DNA of 64,000 bases from Myxococcota bacterium. GTDB lineage: Bacteria > Myxococcota_A > UBA9160 > UBA6930. Each line of letters starts with the position of its first letter. The stretch's first letter is position 1. A program made the translations under genes and the position numbers. Positions 27,455-40,435 of the stretch are shown piece by piece. The stretch lies in assembly GCA_965223415.1 (NCBI GenBank), contig OZ245002.1:4576001-4640000 (forward strand), given 5' to 3'. The notes under the pieces were generated by a model. The model was not told where the DNA came from. It worked only from the letters and a program-made list of their open reading frames with translations, and did not search any database.

Positions 27455-28222
27455 CTACTCGCGGTCGAGGGTGTTCTTCAGCTTGCTGCGGAGGCGGAGG
27501 ACCGACTTGGTGTGGATCTGGCACACCCGGGATTCGGTGATCCCGAGGATGTTGCCGATCTCCTTCATGTTCAGGTCCTCGTAGTAGTAGAGCGAGATGA
27601 CGAGGCGCTCCTTCTCGGGGAGGACCGCGATGGTGTCCGCGATCAGGCCCTTCATCTCGTGGAGCTTGAAGGTCGCGAACGGGTTCTCGGCGTTCACGTC
27701 CTCGACGATGTCGGAGAAGCTGCCCGAGCGGTCGCCGTCCTGGCCGCCGCCGCGGATCTCCTCGAGGTTGACGAGCGAGATGCCCCGCACCTGGTTCATC
27801 AGCTCGTGGAACTTCTCGATCTGCAGCCCGAGGGAGTCGGCGACCTCCTCCTCGTTGGCCTGGCGGCCGAGGCGCTGCTCGACCTCGCCGTAGGCCCGCT
27901 CGAGCTTGCGGCTCTTCTGGCGGACGCTTCGCGGCACCCAGTCGAGGGAGCGCAGCTGGTCGAGGATCGCGCCCTTGATCCGGAACTCGGCGTAGGTCTT
28001 GAACTTGCAGTTCTTGGCCGGGTCGTACTTCTCGATCGCGTCCATCAGCCCGATGACGCCCGTGTTGTGCAGGTCGTCCAGGTCGATGTGCGAGGGAAGG
28101 CGCACGGCGATGCGGTTTACGATGTAACGGATGAGCGGCGTGTGCTCGAGGACGATGGCTTCCTTCAGGTCGCCCGGGATGTCCCCATGTTTCTCTCTCG
28201 CGTCGCGCAGCTGCGCCTCCAT
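27455..28222 (-). CDS. fliA: RNA polymerase sigma-28 factor (FliA/WhiG family)
   Basis: RLPSHIDLDDL..GVIGLMDAIEKYD, FKTYAEFRIKGAILDQLRSLDWVPRSVR, LYYYEDLNMKEIG..LGITESRVCQIH; GGAGGA RBS before ATG 28222. Confidence 0.96.
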   Translation of the reverse strand: MEAQLRDAREKHGDIPGDLKEAIVLEHTPLIRYIVNRIAVRLPSHIDLDDLHNTGVIGLMDAIEKYDPAKNCKFKTYAEFRIKGAILDQLRSLDWVPRSVRQKSRKLERAYGEVEQRLGRQANEEEVADSLGLQIEKFHELMNQVRGISLVNLEEIRGGGQDGDRSGSFSDIVEDVNAENPFATFKLHEMKGLIADTIAVLPEKERLVISLYYYEDLNMKEIGNILGITESRVCQIHTKSVLRLRSKLKNTLDRE

Positions 28223-28320
28223 CCGTTCCTCCACCTGTTGCGCGGGAATTCGCGTCATGGGCCTCGGGCTCCTGCAGGCGACCCCTCCTGCCGACCCGTT
28301 GCACGTCGGGTGCGGGTCAA

Positions 28321-28337
28321 AGCAGGCGCCGTGCCAA
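28321..28337 (-). promoter_or_regulatory. sigma-54 (-24/-12) promoter upstream of fliA
   Basis: Minus strand TTGGCACGGCGCCTGCT, i.e. TGGCAC with exact GG-N10-GC spacing, about 100 nt upstream of the start. Confidence 0.75.
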
Positions 28338-28603
28338 GGTCCCGGTTCTCGGATCCGGGATGCGGCCGGCGCTTCCCAGGGATCGGCGGGTGGCGCGCCA
28401 ACCCCGCGACCTCCCAGGCGTTTCGGGGAAAGGGCGGGGCGGCTCCCCGGCGAACACGGGAGGATTCGGGCGGGCGCCTCCCGCGGCGGCACCCCGGCAG
28501 GGGGCGCGCGGAACCGTCAAGGGACCAACAGGCGTCCGGGGCAGCAGTTACGAAACTGACACCCGGCCAGGACGGCTGGGGCCGCGGGTGCCGCGCCGCC
28601 TCC

Positions 28604-29992
28604 CTACGTTTCGGGCGTCAGGCCCTTCTTCTTGATCTTCTCGATCAGGGTGGTGCGGTTCAGGCCGAGGAGCTGGGCGGCCTGGTTTTTGTTCCAGTGG
28701 GTCTGCTCGAGGGCCTGGAGGATGAGGTCGGCTTCGAAGCGATCCACGACCTCGTTGAAGGAGAGGCCGGCCTCGCTCACCCGGGGCTGGCCGTCCGGGC
28801 TCCGGGGCAGGCGCCGCAGCTCCTCCGGCAGGTGCTCGACGCCGATCTCGCCTTCTCCCCGCATCACCACGAGCCGCTCGATCAGGTTCTCGAGCTCGCG
28901 CACGTTGCCCGGCCAGGCATGGCGGGCCAGGCTCTCGAGCGCCTCCTCCGAGAGCCGGCAGGGCGAGGCGCCCAGGTTCGCCGCGCAGCGCTCCAGGAAG
29001 TGGTGGGCCAGGAGCGGAACGTCTTCCCGGCGCTCGCGGAGCGGGGGCACCTGGATGGGAATCACGTTCAGGCGGTAGAAGAGGTCCTCGCGGAAGCGCT
29101 TCTCCTCGATCGCCTTGCGGAGATCCTGGTTGGTGGCGGCAATCACCCGCACGTCGACGCGCTCGGTGCGGGAGGAGCCGACCGGCTCGAAGGTCTTGTC
29201 CTGGAGCACCCGGAGCAGCTTTACCTGGAGGTTCGGGCTCATGTCGCCGATCTCGTCCAGGAAGATCGTGCCGCTCTCGGCGGCGGCGAAGCGGCCCTCG
29301 CGCTGGGAGACCGCGTTGGTGAACGCTCCGCGCACGTGGCCGAAGAGCTCGCTCTCGAGCAGCTCCTCCGGGATCGCCCCGCAGTTGACGGTCACGAGGG
29401 GCCGATCGGCCCGGGGGCTGTTGTAGTGGATGGCCCGGGCGACCACTTCCTTGCCGGTGCCGCTCTCCCCTGTGACCAGCACGGTGCTCTCGGTCTCGGT
29501 GACCCGGCGCACCATGGCCAGGACCTCTCGCAGCCCGCTGCTGGCTCCGACGATGTTGTCGAAGCGGTAGCGGTCGTGGAGCTGGTGCTGGAGGCGGCGG
29601 TTCTCGGCCTTGAGCCGCCCGTGCTCGATGGCCTGGCCCACGAGTCGGCGCAGCACGTCCTGCTGGGGCCCGTCCATGGCCTTCTCGAGGTACCAGTAGG
29701 CTCCCGCCCGAAGAGCCTCGACGCTGGCCTCGGCGCCGCCGTAGCCGGTGACCACGATGCAGGGCAGCTCCGGGTGCAAGTCACCGATCTGGCGGACCAG
29801 CTCCAGGCCGCTGATGCCCGGCATCTTGACGTCGCACATCACCAGATCCAGGGGTCCGCTGGTGACGGCTGCCATCGCCTCACTGGCGTCCTTGGCGGAC
29901 GACACCTGGTAGCCGGCACGGGTCAGCACCCGTTCGACCGCCCGGCGGTAGAGCTCGTGGTCGTCGACGACCAGGACGTGGGGCTTGCCCAG
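28604..29992 (-). CDS. sigma-54-dependent response regulator (REC-AAA+-HTH)
   Basis: VLVVDD...DVKMPG REC domain; GESGTGKE, ESELFGHVRGAFTNA, FLDEIGD, WPGNVRELEN; HTH NKNQAAQLLGLNRTTL. Start uncertain (CTG 29992 with RBS, or TTG 30025). Confidence 0.92.
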   Translation of the reverse strand: MGKPHVLVVDDHELYRRAVERVLTRAGYQVSSAKDASEAMAAVTSGPLDLVMCDVKMPGISGLELVRQIGDLHPELPCIVVTGYGGAEASVEALRAGAYWYLEKAMDGPQQDVLRRLVGQAIEHGRLKAENRRLQHQLHDRYRFDNIVGASSGLREVLAMVRRVTETESTVLVTGESGTGKEVVARAIHYNSPRADRPLVTVNCGAIPEELLESELFGHVRGAFTNAVSQREGRFAAAESGTIFLDEIGDMSPNLQVKLLRVLQDKTFEPVGSSRTERVDVRVIAATNQDLRKAIEEKRFREDLFYRLNVIPIQVPPLRERREDVPLLAHHFLERCAANLGASPCRLSEEALESLARHAWPGNVRELENLIERLVVMRGEGEIGVEHLPEELRRLPRSPDGQPRVSEAGLSFNEVVDRFEADLILQALEQTHWNKNQAAQLLGLNRTTLIEKIKKKGLTPET

Positions 29993-30125
29993 AACGGGAC
30001 CTCTTCCGGGGGGAAGCCGACGCAAGGTAGGAACCGGGGCAGGCCCGTTCAAGTCGGTGGCCCGATTCGGCCGCCCGCAGGTGGCCGTCGCGCGGGACCC
30101 GCCGCGGGTGGCTGCCGCGCGCGAT

Positions 30126-30153
30126 TCAACCCGCCGCGGGTGGCCGCCGATGA
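30126..30153 (+). promoter_or_regulatory. candidate sigma-28 promoter (leaderless) for the second activator
   Basis: TCAA-N16-GCCGATGA; ATG 30161 lies 7 nt downstream with no RBS. Confidence 0.6.
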
Positions 30154-30160
30154 ACCTGCC

Positions 30161-31614
<1,454 letters not shown>

Positions 31615-31615
<1 letters not shown>

Positions 31616-32826
31616 TGTCCTGTTTCGGAAAAAAATACGCAAAATAGTGCGAACTCCCAACGTGCAGGGGGCATCTTACCGGCATCACGTTGGGGGGACG
31701 TATGGCGAATCGTGGCCGGCCCAAGACGCCGATTGTGCTGACGGATGCGGAGCGAGAAGAGCTCCAGACGCACGCCAGAAGGCGGAAGAGCGCGCATCAG
31801 TTGGCCTACCGCTCGCGCATTGTATTGCTCGCAGAGCAGGGGCTGACGAATGGGGAAATCGCGGAACGCGTAGGCAAGCGACGAGAGACCGTCGGGATCT
31901 GGCGCAAGCGCTTCGTCGAAAAGCGGATCGCTGGGCTCTACGACGAGCCCAAGCCGGGAGCGCCCCGGACGGTGACCGACGAGCAGGTCGATGAGGTCGT
32001 GCGCTTGACGCTAGAGGAAACGCCCACGGGAGCGACGCACTGGTCCGTTCGCCTGATGGCGAAGCGGGTAGGCCTCCCGACGACGACGGTTCATCGCATC
32101 TGGCGAGCATTCAGCCTCCAGCCGCACCGAGTCGAGCGCTTCCGGCTCTCCAACGATCCCCATTTTGTGGACAAGGTGGTGGATATCGTCGGCCTGTACA
32201 TGTCTCCGCCGGCGAACGCGGTCGTCCTCTGCGTCGACGAGAAATCGCAGATCCAAGCGCTGGAACGGAACCAGCCTGTCTTGCCGATGCAACCGGGCCG
32301 GGCGGAGCAGCGCACACACGGATACCTACGCCATGGCACGACGACACTCTTTGCCGCACTCAACATCGCAACGGGCGAAGTGATCGGATCCCTCCATCGC
32401 CGGCACCGCACGGAGGAGTTCCTGAAGTTCCTCAGGACGATCGACGACAACGTACCCGCCGAACTCGACATCCATCTCGTGCTCGACAACTACACCACGC
32501 ACAAGACGAAGCGAACTCGGAGCTGGCTCGCGCGCCACCCTCGTTTCCACGTGCACTTCACCCCGACGTACAGCTCATGGCTGAATCAGGTCGAGCGGTT
32601 CTTTGCACTCATCACCGAGCGTTGCATCCGTCGCGGCGTGCATCGCAGCACGAGGGCGCTCGAGAACGACATCCGGAGCTTCCTGAAGACGACGAACGAC
32701 GATCCGAGACCCTTCGTCTGGACCAAGACCGCGGATCAGATCCTCGCGAGTGTGCGGCGCTACTGTGGTCGCGTCCTCGACGTCCACTCCGATTCTAATC
32801 GAGTGGTTTCTTCTGGAACAGGACAC
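31615..32826 (+). mobile_element. IS630-family insertion sequence
   Basis: Terminal IRs GTGTCCTGTTTCGGA / TCTGGAACAGGACAC, flanked by duplicated TA (31613-14, 32827-28) within CTAG; lower GC than the flanks. Confidence 0.95.
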
Positions 32827-32829
32827 TAG
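31702..32829 (+). CDS. IS630 transposase (intact single ORF)
   Basis: HTH region, then [47 protein letters not shown] (DDE). Confidence 0.96.
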   Translation: MANRGRPKTPIVLTDAEREELQTHARRRKSAHQLAYRSRIVLLAEQGLTNGEIAERVGKRRETVGIWRKRFVEKRIAGLYDEPKPGAPRTVTDEQVDEVVRLTLEETPTGATHWSVRLMAKRVGLPTTTVHRIWRAFSLQPHRVERFRLSNDPHFVDKVVDIVGLYMSPPANAVVLCVDEKSQIQALERNQPVLPMQPGRAEQRTHGYLRHGTTTLFAALNIATGEVIGSLHRRHRTEEFLKFLRTIDDNVPAELDIHLVLDNYTTHKTKRTRSWLARHPRFHVHFTPTYSSWLNQVERFFALITERCIRRGVHRSTRALENDIRSFLKTTNDDPRPFVWTKTADQILASVRRYCGRVLDVHSDSNRVVSSGTGH

Positions 32830-32989
32830 AGCCGGTCTCACAAATGTGAAGCGCGTACCGGCCTTCCTCGGTGACACGGGCACGCTGGGCATTTCCGAGA
32901 CGGGCTCTAGCGCCTTCGCCCGCGGGCAGGTCGTCGGGTAGACTCGCCGCGTCGCCCCCCACGACATCGACCGACAGCTGAGAGGACCG

Positions 32990-34635
<1,646 letters not shown>

Positions 34636-34639
<4 letters not shown>

Positions 34640-35007
34640 GCGGCGACCTGCCGGTGGTGCTGCTGGTCGACGACGAGTGCCACATCCTGTCCGCCCTCCA
34701 GCGTTCCCTGCGCCGGGAGGGCTACGAGATCCTCACGGCGGGCTCGGCGGACGAGGCGCTGGCCCTCCTTTCCGCGCGCGCCGTCGACCTGATCGTCTCG
34801 GACCAGAAGATGCCCGGGACGAACGGCCTCGTGTTCCTCACCGAGGTGGGCCGCAAGGGATGCGACGCACCGCGGGTGCTGCTGACCGGCTGGCCGGAGG
34901 AGATCCCCCAGGCGGACATCACCGCGGCGGGCATCACCGCGGTGCTGCCCAAGCCGTGGGACGACGCCGACCTGAAGGCGACCCTGCGGGCTTGCCTCGG
35001 GCGCTAG
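34636..35007 (+). CDS. single-domain response regulator
   Basis: VLLVDDE, IVSDQKMPG, LLTG, KPWDD; GTGA overlap with the kinase stop. Confidence 0.9.
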
Positions 35008-35032
35008 GCCATGGCCGGCGCCACCGTCCGGC

Positions 35033-36280
35033 TCAGGTGCCGTTCGGCAGCCGGCTCAGGTACTCGAGATCGGTCTTCTGGGTGTTCTTGCCGCCGACGG
35101 CGAGCACCCGGAAGCGCCGGCTCCTGCCCTTGGTGGTGTAGATCCGGCCCTTGCCCGCGAAGCCGATCTCGAAGATCGTGAGGTAGGGCGGCAGGCCGCC
35201 GACCTTGCGGCGCACGCCGGCTGCTTCGGGATCGTCGCAGAGCTTCTTCAGGGCCTCCTCGGCGCGCAGCTTCTGGCTCTCGTCGCCCAGGGCGAGGATG
35301 CTGTCGATCGCGTGGTCGTCGACCTCGAGGTCCTTGTAGAGGGTCCGGAAGCGACGGGCGAGGTGCTCGGCGTCCTTGCTGGCTCCCTTGCCCGAGCGCT
35401 TGACCTGCTTCTGGAGCCGCTGGATCTCGTCGTCCTTGGCGGTGAGGTCCTGGGTCGCCTCTTCGAGCAGGTCTTCCAGGGCGCGGCGTTCCTGCTGGAG
35501 ATCCTGGGCGCCGGCGGTCTCGGCGCGAAGGGTCGCCTCCCGGGCCTCGACCTCGTCCAGGCGCCTGCGCAGGCGGGCGCGCTCGTCCTGGAGGGACTCG
35601 ATCTCCTCGACGTAGATCTCCTTCTCCGGCTCCACCTCGGCGAGGCGCTCGCGAACCTGGCCGAGCTCCTGCTCGATCGAGCTGGCGCGCTCCGCCGCCT
35701 GGGCACGTTCCCCCATCACGGCCTGGAGGGCTCGCTCTTCCTGGCGGGTGAGCCGGCGCGTGTAGGCGACGAGGCCGGACATCAGGAGCGCCGCGTAGAT
35801 CACGAGGATGCCGTTGGCGGCCAGCGCGTTGTGGGGAACGCCCACGTCCACGTCGCTGATGGCAGGCAGGAGCTCGGCGCCATTGCTCGGCGAGGGGGGG
35901 AAGGGAGGAGCGTGGCCCGGGGCGTAGACCAATGTGGTGCCGTCGGCGCCGAGGACGAGCGGACGCACGCGGACCTCGCCGTAGCGGACCCAGGGAGAGG
36001 CCGAGAGCAGGGCGTCGATGCGACTCCGCACCTGGCCGACGACCGGTCCGTTGGCCGGGTCGACGGCGAGCGCTTCGGCGACGGCGGCCTCGAAGTGGCG
36101 GGCCATCAGCGCCTCGAAGCCCTCCACCGAGAACACGTAGGCCACGAGGAACGCGAAGATGGCCAGGTAGGTGAAGCGGAAGCTGGCCAGGCGCTCGAGA
36201 GGGCCCGGGCGCCCGGCTCGCACGGCCTCGCCGGAGTCCCCGCGGGACCCCGACTCCGGCGTGGGCAGGGCGGTCTCCAT
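35033..36280 (-). CDS. membrane-anchored coiled-coil protein with C-terminal RelE/ParE-like domain
   Basis: Two hydrophobic segments, a long heptad region, and a C-terminal region ...IFEIGFAGKGRIY...RVLAVGGKNTQKTDLEYL; domain call is pattern-based. Confidence 0.7.
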   Translation of the reverse strand: METALPTPESGSRGDSGEAVRAGRPGPLERLASFRFTYLAIFAFLVAYVFSVEGFEALMARHFEAAVAEALAVDPANGPVVGQVRSRIDALLSASPWVRYGEVRVRPLVLGADGTTLVYAPGHAPPFPPSPSNGAELLPAISDVDVGVPHNALAANGILVIYAALLMSGLVAYTRRLTRQEERALQAVMGERAQAAERASSIEQELGQVRERLAEVEPEKEIYVEEIESLQDERARLRRRLDEVEAREATLRAETAGAQDLQQERRALEDLLEEATQDLTAKDDEIQRLQKQVKRSGKGASKDAEHLARRFRTLYKDLEVDDHAIDSILALGDESQKLRAEEALKKLCDDPEAAGVRRKVGGLPPYLTIFEIGFAGKGRIYTTKGRSRRFRVLAVGGKNTQKTDLEYLSRLPNGT

Positions 36281-36370
36281 GGCTGCGGTCAAGGTACGGC
36301 TTGCTCCCCGAATCCCCAATCAGGGCCTTCGACACCAGCGCCGCGGCCCCGGTTGCTACCGTGCGCCGCC

Positions 36371-37198
36371 ATGCGCGTCGTCGATCTCGACCGGGACATG
36401 AGCGACGTCATCCCGACCGGGACGACGCGAGACAGCGAGTACGTCTTCGACCGCATGACCCGCGCCACTCTCGCGGCGACCCGTCCGGGGCCCGGCCGGC
36501 GCATCCTGGACGTGGCGAGCGGCTTCGGACAGGACGCCATCGCGCTGCAGGCCGCCGGTGCCGAGGTGGTCGGGGCCGAGCCCTCCGAGCGGATGATGGC
36601 GTGGACCCGCATGAAGAGCGACGAGGCTGCGGGGCGGATCCCCGCCTGGGTGCGGGCCTGGGGCGACGTGCTGCCCTTCGCGGACGACAGCTTCGATGCC
36701 GCCTTCTGCAAGGGCGCCCTCGACCACTTCGATCAGCCCGACACAGCCATCGCCGAGATGGCGCGGGTCACCCGGCCCGGCGGTCGGGTGGTGCTGACCA
36801 TCGCCAACTACGATTCGTTCACCTGCCGCGCCGCTCGCGCGGCCGACGACGCGCGGGAGCTCGGCCTGGGCCGGCCGATGCGCCGCGGCCGCCGCCACTA
36901 CGACGTCCCGAACGACCATTTCACCCGCTACGACCTGCCGCTGATGCGCGAGCAGCTCGAGGCCCACGTCGACGTGGACCACGTCGAGGGCGTGTCCCTC
37001 GCCTGGGGTCTGCCCCTCTGGACGCGCGCCGTCGGCCACCTGCCCGCCGCCCTCGCCGACGCCGCTCTCCGCAGCCTCGATGGCCTCGCCGCCCGCCTCC
37101 CCGCCCTCGCCGACGTCCTCGTCCTCGCCGGCAGCCCCAGAGGGACAAGAAACGGGGCCAGAGTTAAGAGTTCAGTTCCGAAGGAACTGAACTCTTAA
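36371..37198 (+). CDS. class I SAM-dependent methyltransferase
   Basis: ILDVASGFG, LPFADDSFDAAF, EMARVTRPGGRVV. Confidence 0.88.
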   Translation: MRVVDLDRDMSDVIPTGTTRDSEYVFDRMTRATLAATRPGPGRRILDVASGFGQDAIALQAAGAEVVGAEPSERMMAWTRMKSDEAAGRIPAWVRAWGDVLPFADDSFDAAFCKGALDHFDQPDTAIAEMARVTRPGGRVVLTIANYDSFTCRAARAADDARELGLGRPMRRGRRHYDVPNDHFTRYDLPLMREQLEAHVDVDHVEGVSLAWGLPLWTRAVGHLPAALADAALRSLDGLAARLPALADVLVLAGSPRGTRNGARVKSSVPKELNS

Positions 37199-37214
37199 CT
37201 CTGGCCCCGTTTCT
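37148..37214. repeat. perfect 32-bp inverted repeat with GAA loop between convergent genes (REP-like insert / bidirectional terminator)
   Basis: AGAAACGGGGCCAGAGTTAAGAGTTCAGTTCC-GAA-GGAACTGAACTCTTAACTCTGGCCCCGTTTCT. Confidence 0.9.
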
Positions 37215-38457
37215 GTACGTCGCGGTAGAGCGCGGCGGTGCGCTCGGCGATGCGGGGCCAGGCGTAGGCGGCCTCGACGCGCGGGCGTGCGAGGGTGCCG
37301 AGGCGGCGGCGCTCTTCCGGGTGATCGAGCAGGGCGCGGATCGCCTTGGCGAGGGCTTCCGGGTCGTCCGGCGAAACGGTGACGCCGCCGCCGCCCACGC
37401 TCACCACCTCGGGCAGCGCGCCGGCGGAGGTGGTGACGACCGGGGTGCCGCAGGCCATCGCCTCCACGGCGGGCAGCCCGAAGCCTTCGTACCGGGAGGG
37501 CACCACCACCAGAGCCGCGCGCCGGTAGAGGTGGACCAGCTCGTCGGTCGGTACGCGGCCCGCCAGGTGCAGGCGCTCGCCGCAGCCGAGCTCCCGGGCC
37601 CACCTGGTCGCCTCGCTCTGGGGCGAGTCGACGAGGGTCAGGGAGGCCCGCTCGGGCAGGTGGGGCAAGGCGTGCACGAGGGTGCGAATGCCCTTGTTCG
37701 GGTCCGAGGCGCGGCCGATGCAGACGATCTCCGTTTCCGAGCGCGCCACCTCCGGGTCCGGCGAGAAGAGCTCGGTGTCGAGGCCGTTGCCCAGCATCGC
37801 GATCCGCTCCGGGCCCACGCCGAAGTCGCGCTCGATCTCCCGGGCGCTCGCGCCAGACGACGTGATCACCCGCTCGAGCCGGCGCGCCACGAAGGCCTGC
37901 ATGCCGATCGGATAGAACTGCATCGTGCCGATCGCCTCGCGCAGGCTCTCGTCCCGCACGAAGGAGGCCCGGCGGTCCACGCTGAGGGGATGGTGGACGG
38001 TCGTCACCACCGGCAGCCCCATGGCGCGCATGGCCAGGAGGCCGTAGCCCAGGCACTGGACGTCGTGGATCACGTCGTAGCGCGCGCCGCCCCGCAGCCG
38101 ATCCGCCAGCACCCGCAGCGCGCGCAGGCTGAACGCGAAGGGCTCCGGCAGGAAGCCCAGCCGGCTCGCCGCGAGCTCGTAGAAGTGGAGCGGGTGGAAC
38201 ACCCGCAGCGGATTCGGCCGCGGCAGGAAGCCCTTCCAGTCCTTCAGGAACCACTTGGCCCAGAACATCTCGTTCTCGACCCGGGCGACGCCCCCCGCGA
38301 AGGGCATCGGATCCGGGTAGGGCGGTCCCACGATCACGTCCACCTGATGCCCCAGCCGCACGAGCTCCCGGGCCAGGAACCACAGGTAGACGCCCTGACC
38401 GCCGCACTGCATGTTGCCGCGGTAGGCGACGAAGGCGATGCGGAGCGGCCGCGCCAT
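37195..38457 (-). CDS. glycosyltransferase family 4
   Basis: YRGNMQCGGQGVY N-terminus; NKG; PSRYEGFGLPAVEAMACG (EX7E). Confidence 0.92.
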   Translation of the reverse strand: MARPLRIAFVAYRGNMQCGGQGVYLWFLARELVRLGHQVDVIVGPPYPDPMPFAGGVARVENEMFWAKWFLKDWKGFLPRPNPLRVFHPLHFYELAASRLGFLPEPFAFSLRALRVLADRLRGGARYDVIHDVQCLGYGLLAMRAMGLPVVTTVHHPLSVDRRASFVRDESLREAIGTMQFYPIGMQAFVARRLERVITSSGASAREIERDFGVGPERIAMLGNGLDTELFSPDPEVARSETEIVCIGRASDPNKGIRTLVHALPHLPERASLTLVDSPQSEATRWARELGCGERLHLAGRVPTDELVHLYRRAALVVVPSRYEGFGLPAVEAMACGTPVVTTSAGALPEVVSVGGGGVTVSPDDPEALAKAIRALLDHPEERRRLGTLARPRVEAAYAWPRIAERTAALYRDVQKRGQS

Positions 38458-39203
38458 CACGCGGCCGCGCGCGGACCTTCCGCTGTAGGGACGGCATCTT
38501 GCGCCGGCTTGCTCGCGTAGAGGATGACGCTCTTCGGGCAGACGTAGTTGAGGACCTTCTTCTCGAGCCAGTCCATCAGCGGCGAGCCGGTCGCCCGCAC
38601 CAGGTAGAGGCGGTAGGCCCGCACCAGGGCGCTCTCGTCCGCCACCGGCAGGCGCATGATCGAGCGCAGCACCCAGTAGGGGGTGTGCAGGCCGTGGGCG
38701 AAGCCGGCGCCTTCGGTGGCGAGGCCGGCCCGAGCCAGGGCCCGGGCCAGCTGGCGGGGCTTGAAGATGCGGATGTGGCCGCCCGGGCTCTCGAAGTAGT
38801 CGTCCCCGAGCCGCAGGTAGAGGTGCTCGCTCGTGGCGGTGGGAATGGTGACGGCGATGCGGCCGCCGGGCTTCGTCACCCGCGCCAGCTCGCGCGCGGC
38901 GGCACCGTAGTCGTGGACGTGCTCCATCACCTCGGAGCAGATCACCCGGTCGAAGGTGGCATCGGCGAAGGGCAGGGCGAAGGTGTTGCCCTGGAGCATG
39001 CCCGTGGCGGTCGCGAGCTCGTCGCCGCGCCGGCGCAGGGCCCGGTGGGCGAGGCGCAGGCTCTCGAAGTCGAGGTCGAGGCCCACGACCCGGGCGCCCC
39101 GTTCCAACGCTCCGAAGCAGTGCCGCCCCTCGCCGCAGCCCGCGTCCAGCAGCAGCTGGCCGGGCCGGACGTCAAGCCGCTCGAGATCGACCGTGAGCAG
39201 CAA
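38457..39203 (-). CDS. class I SAM-dependent methyltransferase
   Basis: MLLTVDLERL...LLDAGCGEGRH, FDRVICSEVMEHV, PGGHIRIF; TTG start with GAGG upstream. Confidence 0.88.
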   Translation of the reverse strand: MLLTVDLERLDVRPGQLLLDAGCGEGRHCFGALERGARVVGLDLDFESLRLAHRALRRRGDELATATGMLQGNTFALPFADATFDRVICSEVMEHVHDYGAAARELARVTKPGGRIAVTIPTATSEHLYLRLGDDYFESPGGHIRIFKPRQLARALARAGLATEGAGFAHGLHTPYWVLRSIMRLPVADESALVRAYRLYLVRATGSPLMDWLEKKVLNYVCPKSVILYASKPAQDAVPTAEGPRAAA

Positions 39204-40431
39204 CGAGGACGTCCTCGAACACCTGGACGAGCTGGGCCGCCGCGTCGGCCCAGGAGAAGACGTGGAGGATGCGCTCCCGGGCGGCGCGGCCCATCTGGGC
39301 GGCCCGCTCGGGCTCCGCCAGGATCTCGGCGATCGCATCGGCCATGGCCCGCGGATCCCGCGGCGGCACGAGGCGTCCCGCCGAGCCGTCGGTGCCCACC
39401 ACCTCCGGGAGCGCGCCCGCTGCGTTGGCGATGACCGGCAGGCCACAGGCCATCGCCTCGCTCGCCGGGAAGCCGAAGCCCTCGAAGAAGGAGGGCACCA
39501 CGGCGATCCGGCCGGTCGAGTACTCCCGCACCAGCTCCGGCAGCTCCAGGAAGCGGTCGTTCACCTGCACCCGGTCGCCCAGGCCGAGCCGCTCTACCAG
39601 CGTCGGCACCAGGCCGTGGGGCGGGATCCGACCGTCGACGATCTTCAGGGTGACGTGCTCGGGCAGCAGCGAGAGCGCCTCGAGGAGCGTCCCGATGCCC
39701 TTCTTCCGGTCCTCGGTGCGGCCGACGAAGATCAGGTCGGTCTGCTTCTCCACGCCCGCCACCGGCCGGAACACCTCGGGGTCGGTGCCGTTGTAGACGA
39801 CAGCGATGTCCTTCTCCGGAATGCCGAAGTAGCGCTCGATCTCCTTCCGGGACGCCTCGCTCACCGTCACGATCCTGTCGAGGCGCGGCGCCACCTGCTG
39901 CTGCATGAACAGGGGGAAGTAGAGGGTGCGCTTCACCTTCTTCACGAGCCGCGGATCGATGGCGAAGTCCGCTTCCCGGTCGATGTGCAGGGGGTGGTGG
40001 ATCACGGAGACCACCGGCGTGCCGAGGGCGCGAATGCCGAGCAGCCCCCACGAGAGGCACTGGTTGTCGAACACCACGTCGAAGCGGTGCCGCTGCTGGA
40101 GCTCCTTCCAGCGCAGCAGGAGCCGCAGGCCGAAGGTCTGCATCTCCGGGAAGACGCCGAGGCGCGAGACGCCCAGCTCCCAGAGGTTCAGCGGCGAGAG
40201 CAGGGCCCGGGCGTCCTTCTGGCGCGCCCAGTCCTCGAGGGGAAGGCCGAAGACGTTCTCGTTGGGGATCACGTGGAGCGGGATGTCGGCCGGGAGGTCC
40301 GGAAGCGGCGGCCCGGCGATCACGTGGACGTCATGGCCCGCCTTCTTCCACTCACGGGCCAGGTAGGCGGCGTAGATGCCCTGGCCGCCGCAGTACATGT
40401 TGCCGCGGTAGGTGAGGAGCGCGATCCGCAC
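39172..40431 (-). CDS. glycosyltransferase family 4 (paralog of 37195-38457)
   Basis: YRGNMYCGGQGIY; KKG; PSFFEGFGFPASEAMACG. Confidence 0.92.
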   Translation of the reverse strand: MRIALLTYRGNMYCGGQGIYAAYLAREWKKAGHDVHVIAGPPLPDLPADIPLHVIPNENVFGLPLEDWARQKDARALLSPLNLWELGVSRLGVFPEMQTFGLRLLLRWKELQQRHRFDVVFDNQCLSWGLLGIRALGTPVVSVIHHPLHIDREADFAIDPRLVKKVKRTLYFPLFMQQQVAPRLDRIVTVSEASRKEIERYFGIPEKDIAVVYNGTDPEVFRPVAGVEKQTDLIFVGRTEDRKKGIGTLLEALSLLPEHVTLKIVDGRIPPHGLVPTLVERLGLGDRVQVNDRFLELPELVREYSTGRIAVVPSFFEGFGFPASEAMACGLPVIANAAGALPEVVGTDGSAGRLVPPRDPRAMADAIAEILAEPERAAQMGRAARERILHVFSWADAAAQLVQVFEDVLVAAHGRSRAA

Positions 40432-40435
40432 GGGC

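Noticed and set aside
32838..32849. TCACAAATGTGA palindrome as a CRP site
   Set aside because: The half-sites are in reverse order with a 2-nt spacer; it may be another operator, but there is no support.
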